Positions 42,593 to 54,198 of a stretch of DNA of 64,000 bases are shown here, piece by piece. This DNA is from an uncultured Verrucomicrobiae bacterium. Lineage in GTDB: Bacteria > Verrucomicrobiota > Verrucomicrobiia > Palsa-1439. Numbering within the stretch: position 1 is the stretch's first letter; every line of letters starts with the position of its first letter. The DNA is taken from contig CAWEWF010000014.1 in assembly GCA_963812605.1 (NCBI GenBank), positions 96,001 to 160,000 of the forward strand. Direction: 5' to 3'. Below the pieces are notes generated by a model. The model had not been told where the DNA came from, ran no database searches, and was given only the letters and a program-made list of their open reading frames with translations. Both the position numbers and the translations under genes were made by a program.

Positions 42593-45500
42593 TTACTCGC
42601 GATTGGACATTGCATCGATGCTGACGGTGGCATCGATTAACTGGGCAATGGCCTGGATGCCTCGCGCTTGTGAGATTGCCTCGCTCGCGGAGGGCGCATA
42701 TCCCGATTGCCCGAAGTGTCGATAGGCATACTGATAACGTAGGTAACGCATGTGCGAGGGAGACTTTGCCTGTTCCTTCTCGCGTTGTTCCAGAATGGCG
42801 GTGGCGGCTTTCAATGGATAGGTGGAATCGGGGTGGGGGGCTTGCAGCTTGGCGGCGGTGTCCAACGTCTCGGCCAGGGCGCGGAGGTCGGCGACATCCG
42901 ACAGGTCGGGCTGCTCGTGATGAAATTGCGGGTCGAGGCGTACGAGATTCAAGATCGCCGCATCACAATCGGTGTGCGTGAGATAAACGTGAGTGCGGAG
43001 GCCTTCGATGCGTTTCCAGGCGTTGATGTAATCCGGGTCGAGGGCGACCGCCTTGCGATAAGAAGCGAGCGCTTCCTGATAGCGACCCTGTTCTTCGCGC
43101 AAATAGCCCAACAAGTAATGCACCTGGGGTTTGGTGGGTTGTCTGGCCACCAGGCCGGTGAAGACCTTTTCGGCGATACCCTGGGCGCGTTGGCCCTCGA
43201 AGATGTGCTCGCAGCCGAAACAGTGACTTTCCATGCGCCCAAAACTGGTGGGCATCAGTTCATAGGCGCGTCGGTAATGCTCCTCGGCGGCATGATTCTG
43301 CGCCAGTTCCGCCAACCGCAACGCGGTGCGCGACTGCACGCAATACGCGTCGGCGAAGTGGGTGAGGGCATCCTCGTACATCGCCACCGCGCGCTTGAGC
43401 AGGCCCGCCTCGTAATAGTCATCGGCTTGTTCGGAAAGACGGATTGTTTTGACGGCCTCCCGGTAGGTGGTGGCCTGGGCGAGGTCGCCCCGAGCCTCGA
43501 GAATGTCACCCAGGACGGAGTAGACCCGCATGCGGTCGCCGTGAGGCTCTTCGCCGTCGGATGGATCGATGGCGATGGCCTGGCGAGCGATCCGCTCGGC
43601 TTCATCGAGTTTGCCGGCGCGTCGCAGCAGTTCCGCCTTCCAGATCAACGGGCGTTCTTCAAATTGGTCACGGCGAAAGAGTTCGTCGAGCCGCGGGAAA
43701 AGGTTGTCATCGCCGAGTGAAATGAGCAACTGATAGGCTGGGCCGTAGCCACCGACCTGTCGAGGTATGCGTTAAGAATCGCGCGGGCTTCGGCCTTGTG
43801 GTCGGTGGCCGCCAGCGCCGAGGCTGCGACCACGGCCAATGGTTCTTCGCGCCCGCAACTTCCCCTCGAGCAATCCCGCCAGATCTTTCCGTCCCCACCA
43901 GGGCGCGTCATTCAGCAAAACCACCACGTCCGTGTGGCGTCCCGCTTTGTGATAAACACCCGCCAATTCAGAGAGGATTCGGCTCGATTCGGGGGGTGAA
44001 GTCATCGGGCGACATCTCGTTCTGCGCGGCCAACTGTGCTTCATCACGCTTGATGGCATCGCGCAACGCGGCGAGCAATACGGACTCGGCCTCGGGACCA
44101 CGGCCAAGATCCAGCAGGGTGGACGCGAGATGTTCGGCATCGTAAACGCCGGAGTCGTTACCAGTGCTTGCGGCTGTACGCTGACGCATTGCCCGCAAGC
44201 CTTCTTCCACCCAGTCATCGTGCTTGAGCAGGCGACCGAGTTCGATGAGTTTTGTGGCGGCATCGCCCGTCGTGCTGCGTGTCAATTCCATGAACTCCTT
44301 GGATAAAAACCCTCAGGAATGTCGCCGCCACTCTGTATCATCTGGGTCATGGCGGCCAGTTCGGCGTCCTTTGATTGGGGTGGAGCCGTCAAGAACCTTG
44401 CGGAGTTCGGCCACGCCTTCGTCGAGACGGTCGGCGGCCAACAGGGCATTGGCGAGATGTTTGCGGATGGTGAGCCGTTGCGCCGGGGTCAGGTTGGGGC
44501 GGTCGGCGGCCGCGCGAGTAGGGGCAGACATCTCTCCGTTTCGCCGACCCGAGCGGCGAGTTCGATGTAGTTGTCCCAAAACGGCAACTACGGTCGGTCG
44601 GTCAGCGCTTCATGGAGAAAATCGTAGAGTTGACGCGTATGGCCCGCCCGAGTCGAGGGCGTCGAGCGCTTCCGTTTGGAAGATTGGCTTCCAACTGGTC
44701 GGGAGTTGCGGCTGTCAGATCGAATTTTTTCAGCAGGTCCGCAGCGTCCTTGGATCTACCCGCGGCGATGAGCCCGAGCAGATAGTACATCTGCGCGTTG
44801 CGCCGGTTAAAATTACGGGCGTTCTGAAACATGGCACGGTGGGAGAGGCTGGCGAAGACGAGAAGCGATGTCGGATGCCCCGGCGTTTGTCGATACGGTT
44901 GATTCCTGCGGCGTTTCAAATTTCTTTTCAAGGGCCTCGTATAAGGGCACTGCGTCCAGCGTGCAGACAAGTTGCCATTGGGCGACCTTGAGTTGATCGG
45001 CCATTTCGAGCGCCAATCGTTGCGCGAGCGCGCGGGTGTCATCGCCCACAGCGACCGTCAATTGGACCGGCGCTGCCAGCGCGCTCCGCAACAATTTCTC
45101 CGCGCGTTCCTGGCCGACGAGCGTAACGAGGTCCGGAACATTCACGGTGGGCGTGTAAGTCTCCGTTTCGTCGGCCGAATTGCCCGACTGCAGCGCGGAG
45201 GCGGAAGCCATCCGACTCATCTGGTCAACCTGTTTTTCGAACCCCTTGACGAGACGGTCCGGGTCATCGGAAGCGCTGTCGAATGTCTCGGCAAAAGTTG
45301 GAATTTGGTAACTTAGTTGCGCCAGGGAAGTATCCTTGCCTTCCGTGACAACGGATTCGAAGGCGGTGAGATCATCGCGCTGCGCCTTCCGGTCATTTGT
45401 TAGTACGTGGACGAGGAGGCGCAGGCACAACTCGCGAATGGCCGCGGCGCCCTTGCGTTGGGGGCGAGATCCGACCGCGGCGGCCAGCGCGTCCCAGGCG

Positions 45501-45840
45501 CTCGGCGGCGGCAGGGTGGCAACGACGGCCTGAAACTGGAGCGGCTGCATCATGGCTTCGCTATCGGTGGGGTCAGCCGGTTTCTAGACCAGAGCGAAAT
45601 AGCGGTCGACCAAGGTGAGCCAGTGATCCGCGGCGTCCTTGGGCGCGATGTTCGTAGATGACGCGCGGGATGACTTGAGATCGGCAAGCAGCTTATCGCG
45701 TTCGTTGGCGGGCGAGTTGGTGGGCGTCGCGGCGCTCGTGGCGGAAGCTTGTTCGAGAATGGCGGCGGCGCCCTGGAAACCGCTGCCCTGGCCGGCAAAG
45801 CAAGAATCGTGATGATGAAGCCAATGCGAATCCGCGACAT
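42593..45840 (-). CDS. Large secreted TPR protein, broken by multiple frameshifts
   Basis: Consecutive minus-strand ORF fragments; signal peptide MSRIRIGFIITILAL; C-terminal TPRs and an ESHCFGCE motif. Confidence 0.65.
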
Positions 45841-46012
45841 GCGCCACCTCCTGGGGATGTTCAGAATGAAACTGGCAGGCTTCTTGGAAGCCCCAATACC
45901 AGATGTGAGAATTGCCTGTGTTGGCAGAGAAGGTATCGTGCGTGATTTTTATCACACATCCAAGTGTCACCAAAAGAAGAAAAACGCGGCGACTCACGAT
46001 AATTGCTGGTCG

Positions 46013-46986
46013 TTACGGCCGCGGTTCTGGCAGGATTTGAGGAAGCTGTGAACTGGGGACTGGTTGGGTGATGGCTTTGCGAATGGGGGCCAGCGGCGCA
46101 GTGTCATCGAACACGATCCGCCCTCCGCCGTTTTGACGCCAAGGTCCTTCCAGAGTTTATCGAGATCCGTTGACTGCGGTGTGGCGCTCATTTTGTCGTA
46201 GAGTTCACGGAGAACTGGAACACCCGTGGCGCGGTCGCCGATTTCAAGGGCGCGAAGAGGTCCCAGTCGGCTTCGATGGTTCCACCATGTTTTAGAATCG
46301 CGCGCAAAGCGTCTTCCAAACCCAGCTTATTGCCGGCCCGTCTGCGGATCTCGATGTCGGCGAGCAAACAAAACCGTGCGCCTCCCCAATAGGTATTGGC
46401 CCAGGTATGGGTGAAAAATCGAGCCCTCGATCCCGCGGTTGTGGCAAGCCTTGCGGCATGCCGCGCACCATATCTCCCCAAACGTTTTCGGGCGAAAAGT
46501 TCGCCATCGCGCGCCCGGCCATAGGCTCCACGTAGGTCGCGAGGCCTTCTTCAATCCAGTGATGCTTCCGGTCACGCTGGGAAATGCCAAATGCACCATC
46601 TCGTGGGTCATGAGCCACGAACGCGCAAGATCGCTGGCCGTGCTGGATCGTCCGACTGAAACAGTGATCAGCGCACCATCCGAGCCGGAGGCCTGACCGG
46701 GCTCCGCGCCGTGTCCGTCGTCCAAGCTCACGCGGGATGTCCAGGTGCACCACGGGGAACTGTCCATAAACGTCGTCACCGCCCGCGCCGCCGCGCTTAT
46801 CCAGTTAAGAACGATGGGCCGTAGCGGCTCCGGGGCAGTGGAAGTGAATACGAGATCAATCTTTGAATTGCCCACGACGAACTGCGCGTTGGTTTGCGCG
46901 GCGTTGGCTGCCGGAAGTCCGAGACAGATTGCGAAGACCAGTAATCTGGCGAAGTCAGCAAAAGGAGATCGCAATGGTTTCCTCAC
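46013..46986 (-). CDS. Secreted gluzincin-type (M61/M1-like) metallopeptidase; frameshifted
   Basis: WLMTHEMVHLAFP (HExxH) followed by WIEEGLATY; TYWGGA..CLLADIEIR. Confidence 0.7.
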
Positions 46987-47244
46987 GGCTGGTCAGTACA
47001 ATGTTCTGTGTGCAGCCAACTTGCACACGGTCCCGGGCCTGTAAACCCAACACGATGTTTCGCAAACCGTCAAATCCCTTTGTTCATGCAAAGCCCGGTC
47101 TACTTCCGTAGAACAGGAGCACGCCGACAGAGCGGCGTGGCTACAGGACGATGGCGGGAGAGGGAGTGCGGCTTGTACACGCTTCATTTGACAATCACGG
47201 ATGCGGACGGTAGCATCGCTGCGCAGAGTTGCCAAGAAATGGTT

Positions 47245-47320
47245 GGGGACGTAGCTCAGTTGGTAGAGCGCCGCAATGGCATTGCGGAGGCCACGGGTTC
47301 AACTCCCGTCGTCTCCACCA
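47245..47320 (+). tRNA. tRNA-Ala(GGC)
   Basis: GGGGACGTAGCTCAGTTGGTAGAGCG-CCGCA AT GGC AT TGCGG-...GTTCAACTCCCGTCGTCTCCACCA; G3:U70 pair. Confidence 0.97.
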
Positions 47321-47431
47321 ACCCGCTTTTTGGCCGTTTTGGGCAGGTTTCCAAAAGCCTTGCATTTTCCCCCAATTCCATTACATTGACGCGCCTCCTG
47401 AGGCGTAAGTGCTCTCCTCGGACGTAAAGAC

Positions 47432-49264
47432 ATGAACAGCAACATTCGAAATATCGGCATTATTGCGCACGTTGACCACGGCAAGACAACGTTGGTGGAC
47501 AAGCTGTTGCGTGAGGGCGGGGTCTATCGCGCTAACCAGGCCATGGAAGAGCGCGCGATGGATTCGATGGACCTTGAAAAGGAAAAGGGCATCACCATCA
47601 AGGCCAAGAACGCCTCGGTCCACTGGGGTGGGCATACCATCAATATCGTGGACACACCCGGGCATGCGGATTTCGGTGGGGAAGTGGAACGCATCCTCGG
47701 CATGGTGGACGGCGTGTTGCTGCTGGTGGATGCGTTCGATGGTCCGCAGGCGCAGACGCGGTTCGTATTGAAGAAAGCGCTGAGCCACGGCCTGAAGGTC
47801 ATCGTGGTCATCAATAAGATCGACCGCGAACACGCCGACCCGCACAAGATGCACGACAAGGTGCTGGAGCTTTTGCTGGAGTTGAATGCCACCGAAGAGC
47901 AATTCAACGCGCCGTTCATTTATGCCAGCGCCCGCAACGGGTACGCCGTGAAGAAAATCGGGGACCCGATCACCAACGGCATGACGCCGTTGTTCGAAAC
48001 CATTTTACAGCACATCCCGGCGCCGGCAGCCGACGTCAAGGCGCCGTTCCAAATGCTCATTAGCAATCTCGATTGGAGCGATTATGTGGGCCGTATTGCC
48101 ATCGGCAAGATCACCGGCGGTACCGTCAAGATCGGCGACTCCATCGTGTGCATTCACAAGGACGGCAAGCGCGAACGCGCCGCCGTGACGAAGGTCTGGG
48201 AATTCAGCGGCCTGAAGTCCGGCGAAATCGTCAACGGCGAGGCGGGGAACATCGTTGGCATCTCGGGATTCGAGGAACTGGCCATCGGTGAGACTCTCTG
48301 CGACAGCGAGGAACGTGAGCCGGTGCCGTGGACCGAACTCGATCCGCCCACGATCCAGATGCAGTTTGCCGTAAATGATGGCCCGCTGGCGGGCAAGGAC
48401 GGCAAATTCGTCACCGCGCGTCATATTCGCGAGCGTCTCTACAAAGAGATTCGCACGAACATTTCCCTGATTGTCCAGGACACCGAGGCGGCCTACATTT
48501 TCCTCGTCAGCGCCCGTGGCGAAATGCAGATTGCGGTATTAGTCGAGCAAATGCGCCGCGAAGGATACGAAGTCCTCGTCTCGCGTCCCGAAGTGATCCT
48601 GAAGAAGGATCCCTCAGGCCGAACATTGGAGCCGTTTGAGACGTTGTGGGCGGAGGTGCCCAATGAATGTCTCGGCGACGTGATGCAAAACCTGGCCGGC
48701 CGCAAGGCCCAGATCACCAACATGCAACACCATGCGCACGGGGTCAGCCTGGAATGCACGATCCCGACGCGCGGTCTCATTGGCTTGGAGACGGACCTTG
48801 TGAACCTCACCAGTGGGCGCGGTGTGATCAGTCACATGTTCAAGAGTTACGAACCTTTCAGCGGTGAAATCACGACGCGACTCACCGGGACGTTGGTTTC
48901 CATGGAAACCGGCATCGCCACCGCTTGGGCGCTAAATAATATTCAGGAACGCGGCCGTCTTTTTGTCGGTCCGCAGGAAGAAGTCTACGCCGGGATGATT
49001 ATTGGCGAAAATCCCCGCGCGGAGGATATGCCCGTCAACCCAACCAAGACCAAGCACTTGACGAATATGCGCAGCCAGGGTGACGGCAAGGGGATTCAAT
49101 TGGAACCTCCGCTGAAGATGAGCCTCGAACGCGCCCTGGAATATATCGCCGCGGACGAATACGTCGAAGCTACGCCGAAAAATCTTCGTCTCCGCAAGAA
49201 AATCCTGAACGCTGTGCAGCGCAAGCGCGCCGCGCAATCCCAGTCCGCCGAAGTTGTTGCGTAA
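47432..49264 (+). CDS. typA: Translational GTPase TypA/BipA
   Basis: IAHVDHGKTTLVD, DTPGHADFGGEVER, IPTRGLIG, EATPKNLRLRK. Confidence 0.97.
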   Translation: MNSNIRNIGIIAHVDHGKTTLVDKLLREGGVYRANQAMEERAMDSMDLEKEKGITIKAKNASVHWGGHTINIVDTPGHADFGGEVERILGMVDGVLLLVDAFDGPQAQTRFVLKKALSHGLKVIVVINKIDREHADPHKMHDKVLELLLELNATEEQFNAPFIYASARNGYAVKKIGDPITNGMTPLFETILQHIPAPAADVKAPFQMLISNLDWSDYVGRIAIGKITGGTVKIGDSIVCIHKDGKRERAAVTKVWEFSGLKSGEIVNGEAGNIVGISGFEELAIGETLCDSEEREPVPWTELDPPTIQMQFAVNDGPLAGKDGKFVTARHIRERLYKEIRTNISLIVQDTEAAYIFLVSARGEMQIAVLVEQMRREGYEVLVSRPEVILKKDPSGRTLEPFETLWAEVPNECLGDVMQNLAGRKAQITNMQHHAHGVSLECTIPTRGLIGLETDLVNLTSGRGVISHMFKSYEPFSGEITTRLTGTLVSMETGIATAWALNNIQERGRLFVGPQEEVYAGMIIGENPRAEDMPVNPTKTKHLTNMRSQGDGKGIQLEPPLKMSLERALEYIAADEYVEATPKNLRLRKKILNAVQRKRAAQSQSAEVVA

Positions 49265-49269
49265 GCCGT

Positions 49270-51229
49270 CTGTTGGCGGTTTACTTTCGCGATATGGGCG
49301 GCCTGCCTGATAAAGATTCAGGCGCTCTTGAAGGCGCGCGGCGAGTTCACTTTCGTTGCTCCCATCCGCCAGCACGATCGCCTTCTGAGCAGTTTGGATT
49401 GCCTGACTGAACTGCGCCTCGGCGTAGGCGGCGGCGAGTGTGTCCAGCGCATCGACTCGCTTATTGCCAGTAAGATGCAAAGCCGCTCGGCCAGTTGTAC
49501 GGCCTCGCCGGGATTGCGGAAGTTCGCATCCTTATTCGTCGCCAAAATCCAGGCCAGCCCTTTCAGGGGCAACGGCCAGTTGGGTCTTAGCCGGACCGCC
49601 TCCCGATATTCCGCGATGGCGTCGGCTGTCTTTCCCTGACTGGCCAGAAAGCTCCCAGGTTGTAATGCGCCTCCGCATGGTCGGGATTGAATTGTCGCGC
49701 CAGTGCGAACTCGCGGATCGCATCCGACATTTTTCCCTGGCTCGCCAGGGCAACACCAAGGTTGTAGTGGGCCTCGGCAGAATCGGGCTTGATCCGCAGC
49801 GCGGCTTGATATTCCGCAGTCGCCTCGACAAATCTGCCCTGCGCGGCCAGTGCGCTGGCGAGGTTGCTGGTGCCGTTGCCGAATCAGGGTTGATTCGCAA
49901 CGCCGCTAGAAATTCGCTGGCCGCTTCGCCAAGATGGCCATGCTCCGCCAGGGCTTTCCCGAGGTTTTCGTGCGCGACAACATTGTCTTTCGTGACGCGC
50001 AGCGCGTGACGGAAAAGTGTCTCGCTGTTTTGCCAGTACTGGATCTGTTGCGCGGTCAACAGCGCGCAACTCAGGAGCAACGCAACCGCAACAGCCGTCG
50101 CCGGAATTCTTATCGCGGATCGCTTTGCCAGATCGCCGGGCAGACACCAGGCCAGCATCATGAACAATCCAACCGAGGGGATATACATGTAGCGATCCGC
50201 CATCGAAAAGGTCCCCACCTGCACCAAGCCGATCACCGGCACCAAAGTTCCCAGATACCATAGCCAGCCGTGGCAGATACGGTAGACGTTTACCCTTCGA
50301 GATGGCCAGCGACGACACGGCGACCAGAACCGCCGCCGCAGCGCACACCGCAGCGGGCGACCAAGTCTGATAGGGGTAGAAACAGCTAGATTCACCGGCA
50401 GAGAATATTCCCCAAGTACCGCACGTAGGACACCAGCGCATTTGCGATGCGGGCGGTGATAGGGAGTTTGTCAATAGTATGATCGAGCCACCGCGCTGCT
50501 CAGCCCAATAGGTTATGACGCTTGCGACGATCATCAAGGCGAAGAGCGGTAGTTTTTCCAGCAGCAAATAGCCGGGAGAGCGTTTTGTCTTTGCCTCGAC
50601 CACTGATGATGCCCAGCGGTCCGGCCAGGGGCCAGTAATCCAGCAGCAGTAAAACAAATGGCAAGGTCACCAGCATTGGCTGGCCATCAGTCCGAGGGCG
50701 TACAGTACCAGCGTCAGCGCGTAGCGAATGCGATTAGGGTCTCGACATAGCGGACATACGCCAGCATCGTCAGCATCCAAAAGAAAGTGCTCAGGAACGT
50801 CCTTGCGCTCCGCCACCCAGGCCACGGATTCCACGTGAAGCGGGTGCAGAGCGAACAGCGCCGCCACCAATGCACTTCGCCATGACGCGGCGGTTATACG
50901 ATTGAGGGCAATGAAAAGCAGGAGTGTATTGGCGATATGGAAGAGGAGATTGACCAGGTGATGCGCGCCCGCATTCAATCCTGAGAACGGCAATCGGTCA
51001 GCAAGACAGCCAGGTCACCGGATCCAGATGCTGAAGTGTGTTGTGGTGAACGCCCAGACAATCCCGGGCGGCGTGAGTCCGCCCTGTACGTGTGGGTTCC
51101 CCGTGACATAGGTGTCATCATCGTAGTTTGAAACTCGAAGTGGCGGACCGGCCAATAAACAGCGGTCGTGACGGCTGTCAGGCACAGGCAGATCAGAAGA
51201 CTGCGACGCCACGAGGATGTATCAGTCAT
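49270..51229 (-). CDS. TMTC-like membrane glycosyltransferase (GT-C) with C-terminal TPRs; many frameshifts
   Basis: NYDDDTYVTGNPHV, HLVNLLFH, HPLHVESVAWVAERKD, ADRYMYIP, WQNSETLF, then TPRs. Confidence 0.75.
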
Positions 51230-51420
51230 GGCGGCAAAATGATACTCAGATGATACGGTTCATCATTGGAAGGCGGCATTGGTGGTAAGTGTAGTTCGCG
51301 AGGGATGGCAATCAAAGAGGAAATCACTCAGGTTATGGGCCTATTATCTTGACCTCATTGGAGCGTAATGTTCTACTGGTATTTGGAGAAGCAGGGCCGG
51401 TAATTTTGGGATGAGGCGAT

Positions 51421-54143
51421 ATGAAGTCGAGGTTTGCTACCGCAATTATTGTCGCCACGCACATTGCCCTTGTTGCTTACGCCGCCCGCGCCGACGACAA
51501 CAGTTGGACGGCTGCCAGCGGTGAATGGGAAGCCGGGAGCAACTGGTCGCTGGGCGTCCCGCCGACCAACACACAATCAACCATTCTCATCACGAACGAT
51601 ACGACCAAGACCGTCACGATTGACGCCACGACTTCAGGAAGTTTTCCGGATACCCTGACGATCAACGATCTGACAGTCTCGGCACCCGTGAAATCGACGA
51701 ACACTCTCTTTCTTTCCAACGCCGGCATCGGCACACCGTTGCAAATCCAGGATCAATTGACGATTGGGGATGGAGGATTCCTGTTGATCACGGTTCCGCA
51801 ATAAACGCCGTCAACGGGTTCAGCATCAATGGCGAGGTTACTTTGCTCGACGGATCGGTAACCGTGGCGAATAATTTCGCAGCGGGAACATTCATCGACG
51901 GCGACAATTCAGAGATGACCGTATCCAATGGCACATTTTTCACACAATACATGCAGGTGGGTACATCGCACGGGCCGAAGAGAATCCTGAGGATTGCCGG
52001 GCCGGCACAACTGAATTGGTCTACGATTTGGCTATTGGCATTTTCGGTGACGGATCGGGGTGCGTGACTGGCGGGCAGCTATTGGATCGGCGCAGAGATA
52101 GGAATCGGACTTTACTCTGGTGGCGTCGGTCAAATGACGGTTTCCAATGGGACCGTCCTAGCTGGATACATCTACGCCGGGGCCGGCACGACGGAGGGGA
52201 AGGCACACTGACAATCAGTGGCGGCACGGTTACGATCAATAATGATCTCGGAATCGGGCCGTATCCAGGTACGACAGGGGCGGCGTGGATCAGCGGTGGT
52301 CAGTCCGTATGTGACAAATGGCACCATTTCTATTGGAGACGGTGGTGACGCCAGCCTGACGGTGTCCAACGGGAGCGTGTTGGCGCAGAATATACGCCTT
52401 GGCTCGAATCCCAATGCACAAAGCTCACTGACGTTTGCCGGGGGCGTCGGGATCATTTCGTCCGGTATCGTTATCGGCGACTGCAACGCTGGCGGATCAG
52501 GCGTGCTGACCATGAACGGCGGCGATGTATTTGTTATCAATACCACACACAATGCCACGGTCGACTTCTGCCATGGACAGCCGATTGTGGACGGCGGTTT
52601 CCTGTGGATTGATAGGCTCGTTATGACGAATTCTGTGGCCTGTTTGTTCGCAACGGCGGTACGCTCGTTGTCGGGGACCTGGTCCTCGATCCAAATCTGG
52701 ATGCTGATGGCGATGGACTGCCGAATGGGTGGGAACAGAGCCACGGATTCGACCCCTTGAATGCGGCTGACGGTGTCGTCGGGCCGGTGAATAATTGGAC
52801 GGGCGGTTCTGACAAATGGGAAACAAGCGGCGATTGGTCGCTGGGTGTGCTTCCGTTTCTCACGCAGGCCGGGATCCAGGTTGCCAACGCGTGCTAAAGA
52901 CTGTAACCCTCGATGCGTTCACCTCCAGCAATTTCCCCGATTCAATGTTCATCCGTTCGTTGTCCTTGTCTGCGCCATCAAGGTCGACCAACGCCCTGAT
53001 CCTGAACGACGCGGGCACCAACGTTCCCTTACATCTTCTGGGCGGGCTCGACATTGAGAGGCTGGGGGTTGCTTGACGATCACAAATTCGGCGACGCTGG
53101 TGGGTGGTTCCTTCGATATCGGCGGCAAGGTGAGTATTCTTGGAGGAACACTGACGGCCACGGGTCCCACCACGTTACTCGGCACCTTTACCGCGGGCGA
53201 ACTGACAGTTTCTAATGGAACAGTACTGGCCGGGCTTACGTTTATCGGCATCGGTTCTGGTTATTCAGCCGACAACCAGCTTACCGTTGCCGGTGGCACA
53301 GTCTGCTTGGTGTCGGATCTTAACCTCGATTCGCGAGCTTCGGTGTGGGCCACCGGCTGGCCAGTTGGTCGTCACGAATGGCATGACCGACCTTCAAACC
53401 GGCTCGCAGATGTCGGTATCCAACGGGACAGCGGTGGCCCGGAATTAATTATCCAACAAGGCACTCTTTCCCTGCTGGGCGGCACGGAAATTGTCTCTTC
53501 CAACCTGTTGGTCGGCGACTGCGGATCGTACTTCGGTGACCCCTTCAACTTCCCTGGCAGCATGACTGTCGATGGAGGCGCCCTGTTTGTGACCAACGCA
53601 AGTGGTACCGCGGTGCTCGAGGTCCGTAGTGGGACGTTCACACTTAACTCCGGGACGGTCACGGTGGACCAGTCCGTCATGACCAGCGGCTGTGGATTAT
53701 TCGTTCGCAATGGCGGTACCTTGATCGTTGGCACGCTGTGCTCGATCCGAATCTGAGTGCGGTGGGTGACGGCATCTCGAACGGATGGAAACAGCAGAAC
53801 GGCCTCGATCCGCTTGCGCCGAATGTCGCCAATGAGGATTCCGATGGCGATGGCATGTCCAATTTGCAGGAGTATCTGGCCGGGACCGATCCGACCAATG
53901 CCGCGTCATTCTTTGGCATCAGCGCCATCGCACGAGAAGGCAATGACGTGCGGATAACGTGGACAATGGGGAGCGGTAAGACCAATTCATTGCAGGTCGC
54001 GACCGGGGCCGGGCACCCGCCTCACGTACAATTTCACGGACTTGTTTATTGCGACCGATACCGTTGGCTCGGTGACCAACTACCTCGATGTCGGCGCCGC
54101 ATCGCAGACCCAGCGCTTCTATCGCGTTTGGCTTGTTCCGTAA
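51421..54143 (+). CDS. Large secreted beta-repeat protein with two tandem modules and DxDGDG Ca-binding motifs; many frameshifts
   Basis: Signal peptide; W..G.W....NWSLG repeats; G.LT.SGG repeats; DSDGDGMSNLQEYLAGTDP; C-terminus QRFYRVWLVP*. Confidence 0.7.
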
Positions 54144-54198
54144 GCCTCTTCGTGACGCGCCAGCCTCCGGGCTTGCTTTTTTCCCGCGCATAAGAAGA

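Noticed and set aside
47245-47431. Island integrated at tRNA-Ala 3' end
   Set aside because: typA follows within about 110 bp, with no integrase or att duplication.
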